DNA from: Basidiobolus meristosporus CBS 931.73
Taxonomy: Eukaryota > Fungi > Basidiobolomycota
Length of the DNA stretch: 64,000 nucleotides
Reading direction: 5' to 3'
Assembly (NCBI GenBank): GCA_002104905.1
Contig: MCFE01000171.1
Location: 1 to 64,000, forward strand
Part shown: positions 26,916 to 38,010 of the stretch, piece after piece
Layout of the letters: the number at the start of each line of letters is the position of its first letter
How positions within the stretch are numbered: the first letter of the stretch is position 1
Made by a program: the position numbers and the translations under genes
The notes under the pieces: model-generated
Database searches by the model: none
Told to the model about the DNA's origin: nothing
What the model saw: only the letters and a program-made list of their open reading frames with translations

Positions 26916-28213
26916 ATGAGCTCAAATTCAGCTGACAAAACTCCCTCGGAAAGTGTGCCCGTCCTTGAAAACGGGGTGGAGAACATGTCGACCGACCAGA
27001 TCCAAGGGTCTGAAGTCGCCTCAACCGAGGGTGAGCAACTCGAGCAAAAGGATCAACAGACCGAGTTTGACCAGGGACGCGTGGAAACGTTCCTCAACGA
27101 GGGGAAGAAGGCCCTAGCACTTGGAAAAAATGAAGAAGCGGTCGAGAAATTGGGCGAAGCCTCAGAGATGGTGTACGTGTATCTAAAGCGAGCCCTTGAC
27201 AATCCCCCAATTAACCCACTTGTCTGTCTACCTATCTAGTGGCCAGAAGTATGGCCAACTTTCCATTGAGTACGCAGATATCCTCGCTCTCTACGGTCAA
27301 GCTCTTCTTGGAAATGCAGTTCAACAGCACTCAATCCTTGGGAACAAGTCCCTACAGAACGCATCGGACGAGATGGAACCAGCTGGTAAAATATAAACAT
27401 GTAGTGATTTTCAGAGAGCTGCATTTATTCTAAACCCACTTCGTCATTCTAGCACCAGCTGAGTCGTCCAAGGGGCGTTTTCATTTTGAGGGTGAGCCCG
27501 ACCTTGCGGAAGACGAGGAGGAAGAGGCGCCTGAGCAAAATGGGGAGGAAGAGCAACCAGATGATTTCGAAACCGCTTGGGAGGTACTGGATGTTGCGCG
27601 TGTCATCTACTCCAAGACAGAAGGCGACGAGGCCAAGCTCAAATTAGGAGACGTACTGCTAACATTGGGCGATGTGTCGATGGAATCAGAAAATTTTGAA
27701 CAGGCGGCCACGGATTATACAGAGGCGCTTACTGTCAAACAAACCGTTCTCGAATCAAATGATAGAAGACTTGCAGAAGCACATTACAAAATCGCCATTT
27801 CACACGAGTACAACAACCAATATGACCCAGCCCTGGAGCATTTGAGCGAGGTCAAGAAGATTCTCAGTGAACGCACAAAATCACTGGAGTCCGAAGAACC
27901 AAGCGAGAACACCAAACAAGAGATTCAAGATATGCAGGAGCTTATCCAGGACATCCAGGCGAAGATTGAGGATATTCAAAATGCCAAGCAGAACGCTGAT
28001 ACTAAACCAGAAGATATATGGAAGGAGCAGAAGTCAGAGAACCCCGCCCTCCCTACCAATGTCATCAACGATTTGACCAACCTCATCAGATCAAAGAAGC
28101 CTCAGCCGGCCGAAGAGAAGCCCGAGCCGGCCGAGCCTTCCAACTCTGAGGCACCGAAGCGAGCTTTGGAAGAGTCGAGTTCGGAGCAATCAGAGAAAAA
28201 AATCAAGATTTAA
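26916..28213 (+). CDS. NASP/Sim3/Hif1-like SHNi-TPR histone chaperone, 3 exons
   Basis: TPR helices, LALYGQALLGNAVQ, an acidic insert, DDFETAWEVLDVAR, LGDVSMESENFEQAATDY, RRLAEAHYKIAI, and a basic C-terminal NLS. Confidence 0.9.
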
Positions 28214-28532
28214 ACGCAATCCGCAATCAGAACAAATAGGGAGTTTTAGAATATGTATGTTGACCATTTTATTTGTGAATTAGTAATAAATGCTCGTCAA
28301 GCTTACACAGCTCAGTCATGTGAAGCATTGACAAGCGGTTAAATTGAAGCAAATTTTCACCACTCCCCATGACGTCGATTGACCACCCAAAAATTGGAAA
28401 TTACGTTGGTGGCCAATATCCCGCCCGCCAAAAACCCCCCGTGTTCTTTTGTAACCCCATTACTAATCTAGTATAGTCCCAAGTATATATAATGATCTGG
28501 TGGTCGATTAGGCGGCTATTCGTCTTACTTCC

Positions 28533-29204
28533 ATGTTGCGCACCATTGTAAAGTCCTCTGTCAACAAGGTGAACTTCGCTTCGCCTGCTTCCGTAGCTGT
28601 GAGAGCGAAGCACACCCTCCCCGATCTTCCATATGACTATGACGCATTAGAGCCCGTCATCAACACCGAGATTATGCGTCTCCACCACAGCAAGCACCAC
28701 CAAACTTATGTCAACAACTTGAATGTTGCTGAGGAGAAGAACGCCGAAGCAGTTTCAAAGAGCGACCTTACTACCCAGATCTCACTGCAATCCGCCTTGA
28801 AGTTCAACGCTGGTGGTCATATCAACCACAGTATCTTCTGGACCAACCTTGCTCCTATCAAGGAGGGTGGTGGCGAGCTTCCCAAGGGTGAATTGTCCGA
28901 AGCCATTACCCGCGACTTCGGCTCCTTGGATGCGTTCATCAAGCAGTTCAACGCACAGACTGCCGCTGTCCAAGGCTCTGGCTGGGGCTGGTTAGGCTAC
29001 AACAAGGCTAAGCAATCCCTTCAAATCCAAACCACCCAAAACCAAGACGTTCTTACCGACTTGGTTCCCCTTCTTGGTGTCGATGTCTGGGAGCACGCCT
29101 ACTACCTTCAATACAAGAACGTCCGTCCTGACTACTTGACTGAGATCTGGAAGGTTGTCAACTGGAAGAATGTTGCCGAGCGCTACGCCAATGCTCGCGC
29201 ATAA
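28533..29204 (+). CDS. SOD2: Mitochondrial Mn superoxide dismutase, intronless
   Basis: [35 protein letters not shown] and [11 protein letters not shown] metal ligands; presequence present. Confidence 0.97.
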   Translation: MLRTIVKSSVNKVNFASPASVAVRAKHTLPDLPYDYDALEPVINTEIMRLHHSKHHQTYVNNLNVAEEKNAEAVSKSDLTTQISLQSALKFNAGGHINHSIFWTNLAPIKEGGGELPKGELSEAITRDFGSLDAFIKQFNAQTAAVQGSGWGWLGYNKAKQSLQIQTTQNQDVLTDLVPLLGVDVWEHAYYLQYKNVRPDYLTEIWKVVNWKNVAERYANARA

Positions 29205-29450
29205 ACCTGCCCCACTTCCCCCATATTTTTCCATAAATAAAAATAGCATTTTCAATGAATCCAGAGCATTACATAGCCAACATCCAAATCGAGAGTTCAA
29301 ATGAGATCTCCCACATATTGGTGGGATCCGTACGCACGTTCTCATTCGAGGATCCTCAGTCATTAGTAATGTAGCTTTTGGGAAATAGCCAAATTCCAGA
29401 TATTAATAGGGGATGTGCTGAGGATTTGGGCTGTATTCGAGATTGCTTCA

Positions 29451-30639
29451 ATGAATAGTGGCTTGAGTAGGATTGTATTCCGTTTGGGTAAGCTCAACTC
29501 GACGAGGCTACGGGGGTGCTTCAAGAGCCACCCATTTTCCACCAACGCCGCCGCACTGCAGACTCAGGAAAAGGATCCTCTACATGAGGGAAACAACCTT
29601 TTGAAAACGCCGAGTAGAGGTGTTCTCGAGATTTACGGCGACGACACCGTAAAGTTTCTCCAGGGAATGATCACCAACAACATGACTCGCATAGCTTCTG
29701 GAGGCGAGGGCTTATTCACCGCTTTTTTAGCCCCCAACGTAAGAATTCGTGTTTACCAACACTTTCATATGTTCTCATTAACGCAGATTCCCGTTCACTT
29801 CCGTGCAGGGTCGTGTACTCTATGATGCATTTGTGTATCCCAAGCCTCAGGGAACTGATACCTCGCCTATGTTCCTGATAGAGTGCTCGGCCGAAGCAAC
29901 CCGCGACTTGATGAGACACATCAAGAAGTACATTCTTCGTTCGAAAGTGAAAATCCAGGATGTTTCCGAGGAATACCATGTCTGGAGTCTTTGGGGACCG
30001 AAGTCCGATTTAACCGAAAACCGGGTTCTCGAAGAGGTTGCCAAGATTAGGTGCAAAGATACAAGGTATCCAGGGTTTGGCTCGCGCGTCCTTTTACCGG
30101 CGGACAAGGCCTTCCCAGTACCACCGGACTTTAAAGAACTCCCCTCCGAGGAATATACAATTCGTCGAATCCTTCACGGGGTACCAGAAGGGTCCGACTT
30201 TTTTGTGGGCTCCTCGTTGCCGCTCGAATCCAACTTCGACTACATGAACGGGATCGATTTCCGTAAGGGATGTTATGTGGGACAGGAGTTGACTATCCGT
30301 ACACACCACACTGGAGTTGTCCGCAAGCGCATAGTTCCTGTACAAATTACACCAGAGGCAGATCTCTCCACCGCACCATCGTCCCCCGACCTGGCTCAAA
30401 TTCAAGTAGACCGGGATGTCAAGCTGGCGTTGGCTCAGCCTGGCCAAGATGTTGTAATTGATGGCGCCAAGACCTCACGAAACAATGGGAAATTTTGTGG
30501 TGGCATTCACAACATTGGGTTGGCATTGATTCGTTTGGAAACAGTCCGTAAGCCCGATATTAGATTTATCATGAGGGCAAGCGATGATAAGCTCATGAAT
30601 GTCCGTCCAACCATTCCTACCTGGTGGCCACTGGACTAG
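29451..30639 (+). CDS. IBA57: Iba57/Caf17 (YgfZ/GcvT-like) mitochondrial Fe-S assembly factor, 2 exons
   Basis: RGVLEIYGDDTVKFLQGMITN, FLAPN|GRVLYD and the YgfZ signature IDFRKGCYVGQELTIRTHHTGVVRKR. Confidence 0.93.
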
Positions 30640-30941
30640 TAGTCCGCATTTCACATCATTGTATCATCGTCGAAACATCAACAAATAAATGCATGTAATT
30701 TTTCGGTATAAAAGCAGGCTGCTTTTCCTGATCGTTTTTCGGCAAGGCACGGATAGTCATGTTACTTGGTGATTCCCGAAAAGGGATGACCTTCTACCGA
30801 GTTGTAATGGTAATTTACGCTGGCGTATTTACCTCATGTAAATTACAACTGTTGGTATATCTGAAGGTTGTGCTTCACCATTGGCCATTGACCATTCCTA
30901 CCAAGATGGGGGTTATTGTTACCAAGTTGTCGGCATAAAAC

Positions 30942-30950
30942 ATGAGTCAT
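30942..30950. promoter_or_regulatory. Perfect Gcn4/CpcA-type site ATGAGTCAT upstream of ATP-citrate lyase (second TGACTCA at 31338-31344)
   Basis: Sequence match only; function is inferred. Confidence 0.35.
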
Positions 30951-31470
30951 TCTTGGATTATGACACAATGATTCAAAGCGCATTTCAGCTGCTTCTTGTG
31001 CACTTTCAGATGCGAGGGGGACTTGGAATTCATGGTGTGACAAAGGTAGAGTAGAGTCGACCGGCTTTAGGATCTTGGACAGTGTACATGAAAGGCTCGG
31101 CTAGTTGCTGATAAAGCTGCTTGCGGCATATCCCGAAAACCTATTCCAAAATGACCTCTGTCGTTGAATACTCTATTCCGGGCCAATGAGATGATCCCTT
31201 CAGTCCCAAAGTGATACACACCAATGGTCTTGAGTGAACTTTTGGGGCTTGCTGATGCTGTTTATAATAATAATGATAGTATTATTCAAATAATTCGTAC
31301 TCTCGGCCTGTGACGAGGGGTTTATAAAGAGCTTTGTTGACTCAGGATGAGCACAACTGGTATTGGTTGACTTCGATTTTTTTACTAAGGGTCCGTCTGG
31401 GATTATTGATACGTGGCACCACTGCTATATTATCTCTTGTTGTTCGATTTTTAGCGATACCTTATAGAAC

Positions 31471-33095
31471 ATGTCTGCCAAAGCTATTCGCGAATTCGAC
31501 GGAAAGCACCTTCTTGCTCACTGGTTGTTGAATTCCCCTGCTTTGCCCGGGGCCACCCCCACCACATCAGCCTTTGCCCCTCCTGCTACTAAACTAGCTC
31601 AGGTCAAGGTAGATACCACCAAGGCTCCAGAGAACCACACCTCCTTGGCTTCTCTCGTTCAGGCAGCCCTCGATCAAGTGGAGGCCACACAACCTTGGGT
31701 TCTTACCGACAAATTGGTTGCCAAGCCTGATCAGCTGATCAAGCGTCGTGGTAAGAGTGGTCTTCTCTTGTTGAACGCGAGCTGGGCCGAGGTGAGAGCC
31801 TGGATTTCGGAGCATGCCGGAAAAGAAGTCACCGTAAGTAAATCCCAGGAATTCCCGACACTGCTCAACCAGCTAAATTTTTCTCCTGATAGGTTGATGG
31901 TGTAACTGGTGTACTCAAGACCTTCCTTGTCGAGCCATTTGTCCCCCACAGCCAGGAAACCGAGTATTATATTTGCATTCAATCTGTCCGTGAAGGGGAT
32001 ATCATCCTCTTCCATCACGAGGGTGGTATCGATGTCGGAGATGTCGATGCCAAGGCCGTCAAGTACACCGTAGGAGTTAACGCCGATTTTGCTTCCGCCG
32101 AAGAGATCAAGAAGTCCCTCCTCGCCAATGTCCCCCAAGAGAAGCAGGACGTTTTGGTGGACTTCATTAGCCGCCTCTACTCGGTTTACGTTGATCTCCA
32201 TTTCACCTACCTTGAGATCAACCCTCTTGTAGTCATCGATGGACAAGACGGTAAAGCACCCCAGGTATACTACTTGGATCTTGCTGCCAAGCTTGATCAA
32301 ACCGGTGAATTCGAGGCTGGTTCCAAATGGGCCATTGCCCGTAAGAGTATCACCACTGGTGAACAACAAACCATTGATCAGGGACCACCCATGGAGTTCC
32401 CTGCTCCCTTTGGCCGTGATCTCACCAAGGAGGAGGCCTATATCCAGGACCTTGACGCCAAGACTGGCGCTAGTTTGAAGCTCACCGTGCTCAACAAGGA
32501 TGGTCGTATTTGGACTATGGTTGCCGGTGGAGGTGCCTCCGTTGTCTACAGTGATGCTATTGCTGCCTTGGGTTACGCAAATGAACTGGCCAATTACGGT
32601 GAATATTCGGGCGCACCCACCGAAACACAGACATACGAATACGCCAAGATCATTCTGGATCTGATGACCCGCGGTGAGAAGCCTCACCCTGAAGGCAAGG
32701 TCCTTATTGTGGGAGGTGGTATTGCCAACTTTACCAACGTCGCCACCACCTTCAAGGGAATCATCCGCGCCTTGAAGGAGTTCCAGCAAAAGTTGATTTT
32801 CCACAACGTCAAGATCTTCATTAGACGTGCTGGTCCTAACTACCAAGAGGGACTTCGTGCTATGCGTGAGCTCGGACAAACCTTGGGAGTTGAAATCAAG
32901 GTCTTCGGCCCTGAGACCCATGTCACCGCCATTGTGCCCTTGGCTTTGAAGGGAATCGATCCTTCGGCCGATTCCAGCAAGAGACTGACTGTTGCCACTC
33001 CCAGCCAATCTGCTTCTGCACAGTCATCTGCTCTTCCCTCCCCCACCAAGGAGGCCCCTAAAGGCAGTCCAGGAAAACATGACTTATTTCACTGA
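31471..33095 (+). CDS. ACL1: ATP-citrate lyase, N-terminal (beta; ATP-grasp/citrate-binding) half, intron 31834-31892; stops at 33093-33095 as assembled
   Basis: [80 protein letters not shown]. Confidence 0.93.
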
Positions 33096-35001
33096 CGTCA
33101 AGACCGAGGAGCATCCTTGGTACAGACCTTTTTCCAAGTCTACCAGAGCCATTGTCTATGGTCTCCAAACCCGTGCTGTCCAGGGGATGCTCGACTTCGA
33201 CTTCATTTGCGGCCGCAAGACTGCTTCGGTCGCAGCCATGGTTTATCCCTTCGGTGGAAACCACAACCAGAAGTTCTACTGGGGAACCAAGGAGACCTTG
33301 ATCCCCGTTTACAAATCCCTGGAGGAGGCTATCCGCAAGCACTCCGACGTCGATACCGTAGTCAACTTCGCCTCCAGCCGCTCGGTGTATTCCTCCACCG
33401 TCGAGATCATGGAGTACTCGGATCAGATCAAGAGCGTCGCCATCATTGCCGAAGGTGTCCCCGAAAGAAGAGCCCGTCAAATTCTCCACCTTGCCAACCA
33501 GAAGGGTGTTTTGATCATCGGCCCCGCCACGGTTGGTGGAATCAAGCCTGGCTGCTTCAAGATCGGCAACACTGGTGGTATGATGGATAACATTGTTTCG
33601 TCCAAATTGTACCGCCCCGGATCTGTCGGCTATGTTTCTAAATCCGGCGGCATGTCCAACGAGTTGAACAACATCATCAGCCGCTCCACCAATGGCGTCT
33701 ACGAGGGCGTTGCCATTGGCGGTGATCGTTATCCTGGATCTACCTTTATTGATCACTTGCTTAGATACGAAGCTGATCCCAACTGCAAAATGCTTGTTCT
33801 GTTGGGTGAAGTCGGTGGTGTTGAGGAGTACAAGGTCGCTGAGGCCGTCAAGTCTGGCAAGATTCGCAAGCCTGTTGTTGCATGGTGTATTGGTACCTGC
33901 GCAAGCATGTTCCAGACCGAGGTCCAATTCGGCCACGCCGGTGCCTGTGCCAACTCCGACAGCGAAACCGCCGATGCCAAGAACCGTGGCCTTCGTGCTG
34001 CAGGTGTGATTGTCCCAGATACCTTTGAGGAGCTTCCACTGGTCTTGAATCAGACCTACCAAAGACTCGTCGACTCCGGCGTCATTGTACCATTCGATGA
34101 GCCTGAGCCACCAAAGATTCCTATCGATTACAACTGGGCTATGGAGCTTGGCTTGGTCAGAAAGCCCGCTGCCTTTGTTTCCACCATTTGCGATGACCGT
34201 GGTCAAGAGCTTTTGTACGCTGGTATGCGCATCAGCGAGGTCTTCGAGCAAAACATTGGTGTTGGTGGTGTGCTCAGTTTGTTGTGGTTCAAGCGTCGTC
34301 TTCCCGACTATGCCGCCAAATTCATCGAGATGATCTTGATGCTGACTGCCGACCACGGACCAGCCGTGTCTGGTGCACACAACACCATCGTCACTGCCCG
34401 TGCGGGCAAAGATTTGGTCAGTTCTTTGGTGTCTGGATTGTTAACCATCGGTGATAGATTTGGTGGTGCTCTGGATGGTGCTGCGCAGCTATTCTCCGGT
34501 GCCTATGACCAAAACATCACCCCTCGTGAGTTCGTGGACTCCATGCGTAAGCAAAACAAATTGATCTTGGGTATCGGACACAAGATCAAGTCCCGTAACA
34601 ACCCCGATCTACGTGTTAGTATCATCACCGAGTATGCCAAGAAGAACTTCCCAGCCACCCCGGTCCTCGACTACGCTCTTGCTGTTGAGCAAATCACTAC
34701 CGCCAAGAAGGACAGTCTGATCCTCAACGTAGATGGTGCAATTGGTGTTCTCTTTGTTGATCTTCTCCGCAACAGCGGAGCTTTCTCACGCGAGGAGGCC
34801 GACGAGTATGTCCGTATTGGTACCCTGAATGGACTCTTCGTCCTTGGTAGAAGCATCGGTTTCATTGGTCATTATATTGATCAGAAGCGTCTCAAGCAAG
34901 GTCTTTACAGACACCCATGGGATGATATCTCTTACATCCTTCCCGAACGTGAAGCCGGACGTGCATTCGTCAACGCTAGAAAAATGTCCAAGTCTTCCTA
35001 G
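33079..35001 (+). CDS. ACL1: ATP-citrate lyase, C-terminal (alpha; CoA-binding, phospho-His, citryl-CoA lyase) half, in a different frame from the N-terminal half
   Basis: [43 protein letters not shown] (phospho-His), [23 protein letters not shown]. Confidence 0.93.
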   Translation: MTYFTDVKTEEHPWYRPFSKSTRAIVYGLQTRAVQGMLDFDFICGRKTASVAAMVYPFGGNHNQKFYWGTKETLIPVYKSLEEAIRKHSDVDTVVNFASSRSVYSSTVEIMEYSDQIKSVAIIAEGVPERRARQILHLANQKGVLIIGPATVGGIKPGCFKIGNTGGMMDNIVSSKLYRPGSVGYVSKSGGMSNELNNIISRSTNGVYEGVAIGGDRYPGSTFIDHLLRYEADPNCKMLVLLGEVGGVEEYKVAEAVKSGKIRKPVVAWCIGTCASMFQTEVQFGHAGACANSDSETADAKNRGLRAAGVIVPDTFEELPLVLNQTYQRLVDSGVIVPFDEPEPPKIPIDYNWAMELGLVRKPAAFVSTICDDRGQELLYAGMRISEVFEQNIGVGGVLSLLWFKRRLPDYAAKFIEMILMLTADHGPAVSGAHNTIVTARAGKDLVSSLVSGLLTIGDRFGGALDGAAQLFSGAYDQNITPREFVDSMRKQNKLILGIGHKIKSRNNPDLRVSIITEYAKKNFPATPVLDYALAVEQITTAKKDSLILNVDGAIGVLFVDLLRNSGAFSREEADEYVRIGTLNGLFVLGRSIGFIGHYIDQKRLKQGLYRHPWDDISYILPEREAGRAFVNARKMSKSS

Positions 35002-35280
35002 ATTCCCGGACGGGCCATGTGTCTGATATATACATAGTTCTCACAATCCATCGCATTTCATATATTCTGTAATGACCGAGTTGTCCAATATCTCTCCTAC
35101 AAAAAAACGCCCACCATTAACTTATTAGAAAACCCTAGTGGAAGAGATTGGAATAAATCCCATTTTCTGCGAGATGCTGGTTAACATAAACACACGAGTC
35201 CCGATGGTGTTGTGTATGGTTTGAACTGGGTTTATTGTTACGTTTGAAATGGGCTTCCTGGATGGCAACAGGCCTCAAGT

Positions 35281-36446
35281 CTAACTATCTTCCAAGCCTT
35301 CCAAATATTCGAGAGAGTCCAACGCAGCCATACACCCTGAGCCGGCCGCGGTGATGGCTTGTCGATAGCGGCGGTCCTGTACATCGCCAGCGGCGAATAT
35401 CCCGGGAATATTGGTTCGAGTGGAGCCAGCCTCGACCTTGATGTAGCCATCCTGATCCAAATCCAGTTGACCCTTGAACGGGGCGGTGTTGGGCGTGTGT
35501 CCAATTGCGTAGAAAAGCCCATTGACCGCCAATTCACGGGTTTCTTTGGTTTTGGTGTCTTGCAGGATCAGTCCGTTCAGCAAGCTTCCATCTCCCTTGG
35601 CTTCGAGGGGAACGGTATTCCACAGCACCTCGATCTTCGAATGCTTGAGCAGGCGATTCGCCATGATGGGAGATGCGCGAAGTTTATCTCGCCGAACCAA
35701 GACGTAAACCTTGGATGCGTACTTGGTGAGAAAAGTGGCCTCTTCCACTGCCGAGTCACCGCCCCCGACGACCGCGAGCGGTTTGTTACGGAATATCGGG
35801 ACCGCACCATCGCATACTGCACATGCTGAAATCCCATTTTGCCAGTAAACATCCTCGCCTGAGTGGAGGATCCGACGTTAGTATATTGGTGTTCTCCCAA
35901 GGAGGTTGAGGGGTGTTTCCAGGACTCTTACCAGGGATAAATAGGCGTTTGGCGGTGGCACCGGTGGCAACAATAACTGTATCAGCGGTAACCGGTTCGT
36001 CGGAGTCCGAGTCGGCTCCTTCTCTCCACAGCCTGAAAGGATGGGCAAAGAAGTCCACCCGAGTTATGGTCTCGGTGTGTATTTGCGTTCCGAATCTTTC
36101 GGACTGTTGTCGGAAGTTGTCCATCATGATTGGGCCGGTAATCCCTTCAGGAAACCCAGGGAAGTTCTCCACTTCAGTAGTCGTAGTGAGCTGACCACCA
36201 GGTGCGATGCCTAACGTGCGAGAGGGAAGGTTTATTGAACAAGCCTGGCACTGCAACTTGTGGAACCCTTACCACCAGCAAGCATGCCCTCAAACATGAC
36301 AGGCTCTACATTAGCTCTCGAAGTATAAATAGCTGCCGTATGGCCGGCAGGACCTGAACCAACGATTACCTTGAGAAACAGATCAGTAACTTGGCATTCT
36401 CATTGGACTGCTGCTACAGCGAAACACTCACAACACGGGCGTGCAT
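35281..36446 (-). CDS. TRR1: Thioredoxin reductase (low-molecular-weight type), multi-exon
   Basis: MHARV|[44 protein letters not shown] (CxxC), [36 protein letters not shown]. Confidence 0.95.
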
Positions 36447-36800
36447 CTTTCTATCTAGAGGGGGGATGGGCAGCTAATTGACGGAAATGAAAAGGCGAAC
36501 AGCAGAGGGAGCAGAAAATAAATGAAAATCTTTGTGAGGGGTACGTTGCATAGTTTACTGCGATACAACCAGTGAAAGATGGAGAAATCCCCACTATCGA
36601 GTGCTAGTAGAAAGCCCATGAATTTTGTGGCTGCTTGGCAGTATCAATTCGCCGCTATTGATGGCAAACTGCCAGGACTGCGAATCAGCAAGCCACATGG
36701 GGAGTTTGGACTGAACTGGTGATACAAGTCAATTGTGCATTCATGTCAAAAAGGAATTTATTCGGTGATCTCGCATGAAATCAGAAATACGTCGGGTTGA

Positions 36801-37697
36801 TTATGAATAGGTGACGCTGTACTTTCCTAGGATCTTCCCGGCTGCTCTCTGGTGAGCATCGATTGCCATCTGACGTCTGTACTCTTCGAAGTTCGACTCG
36901 ACCCCTCGGATCTCCCGTCCGAAACGGTACAGCGCGTGTATTGTGAAAACTGTCAAAATCAACTTGGATCGTTCTTAGTTGGAGCACTCGCGCGCATACA
37001 CATACGTAGTTTGCATTGACTTACTTCGACTCCAATCAAAATTGGTTGTAATATTTGATTGCTTATGCATTCAAGAACAATCACCGTCAGATCCCAGACG
37101 ATCCCAAATAATGCCAACTGAATGGTGATCGTCTGGATTGAGACTTCGGTCTTTACAACACTGAGAATCCCGCAGAGCCCCAAACACATATTAAGCCCAT
37201 GGCAAACAATGGCAAAATATCGCACTACGCTCTCGAAATCGGATGACGGGTCCGTGGTGATGTCGACCGTTTGCTTTCTGTAGAATGCTAGAAGTAGAAG
37301 CGCCAAGGCCAGACCCTGGTGGGTGTTAATGTCATTCAGCAAGGAGAGTGTTGAAGTTACCTACCCATAGCGCCACACTAGTGATTAAGCATGCGGCATG
37401 AAGCGGGATGAAAGAGCAGAGATACGTTTGTTCACTTTTCCTAGCTATTAGCTTCATTGGATTGAGAATAAGGATGAGGCTGAGGTTGTGTCTGTAAGTG
37501 ACCGAGCACTTAAATACTACGGAAGCAGAGGAATCAAAAACTGAATCAACACTGTTGCAAGACGTTGGCCGTTTAAATCTCTCTTGGACATCGACAAATA
37601 CATCCCACCAGAAATCCATTTCTCTCTTTGGATCCAAGCACCTCATTTTTCTTAAAAATAAGAATCTAAGCGCCGCCGATAATTGATAGATGGTCAA
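36801..37697 (-). CDS. Hypothetical multi-pass membrane protein; boundaries uncertain
   Basis: ORFs 37332-37697 and 36959-37342 join through a GTAGGT...CAG intron (SVALW|GLALALLLL) and contain 3-4 hydrophobic segments. The final exon is ambiguous. Confidence 0.5.
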
Positions 37698-38010
37698 GAA
37701 ATAGCCTCCATGCCCTCACTTTAATATAACACGCTGTATATATAAGCTGATATTACTGAATCAAACATGATCCCTTCGGATTGTTGTCTTATTCCAGGAA
37801 GACAAATCTCATCAGGGTACGGTATTGGCAATGCCACCATCAATGATCTACCGTATGCTGCAGTCTGGATTTCGCTACTACGGATTTGCTTAAAATTGCG
37901 GATATCCCACTGATTCTTACATAAATCACGAATCATGCTTATTGGAGTTGATTATCAACGCAGACCTAGCGTCTTGTAACATAGACTGTAAATCTCTCCA
38001 GCATTTAAAG

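Noticed and set aside
31731-34380. 425-aa and 440-aa antisense ORFs within ATP-citrate lyase
   Set aside because: Same codon-bias artefact, in register with the sense codons.
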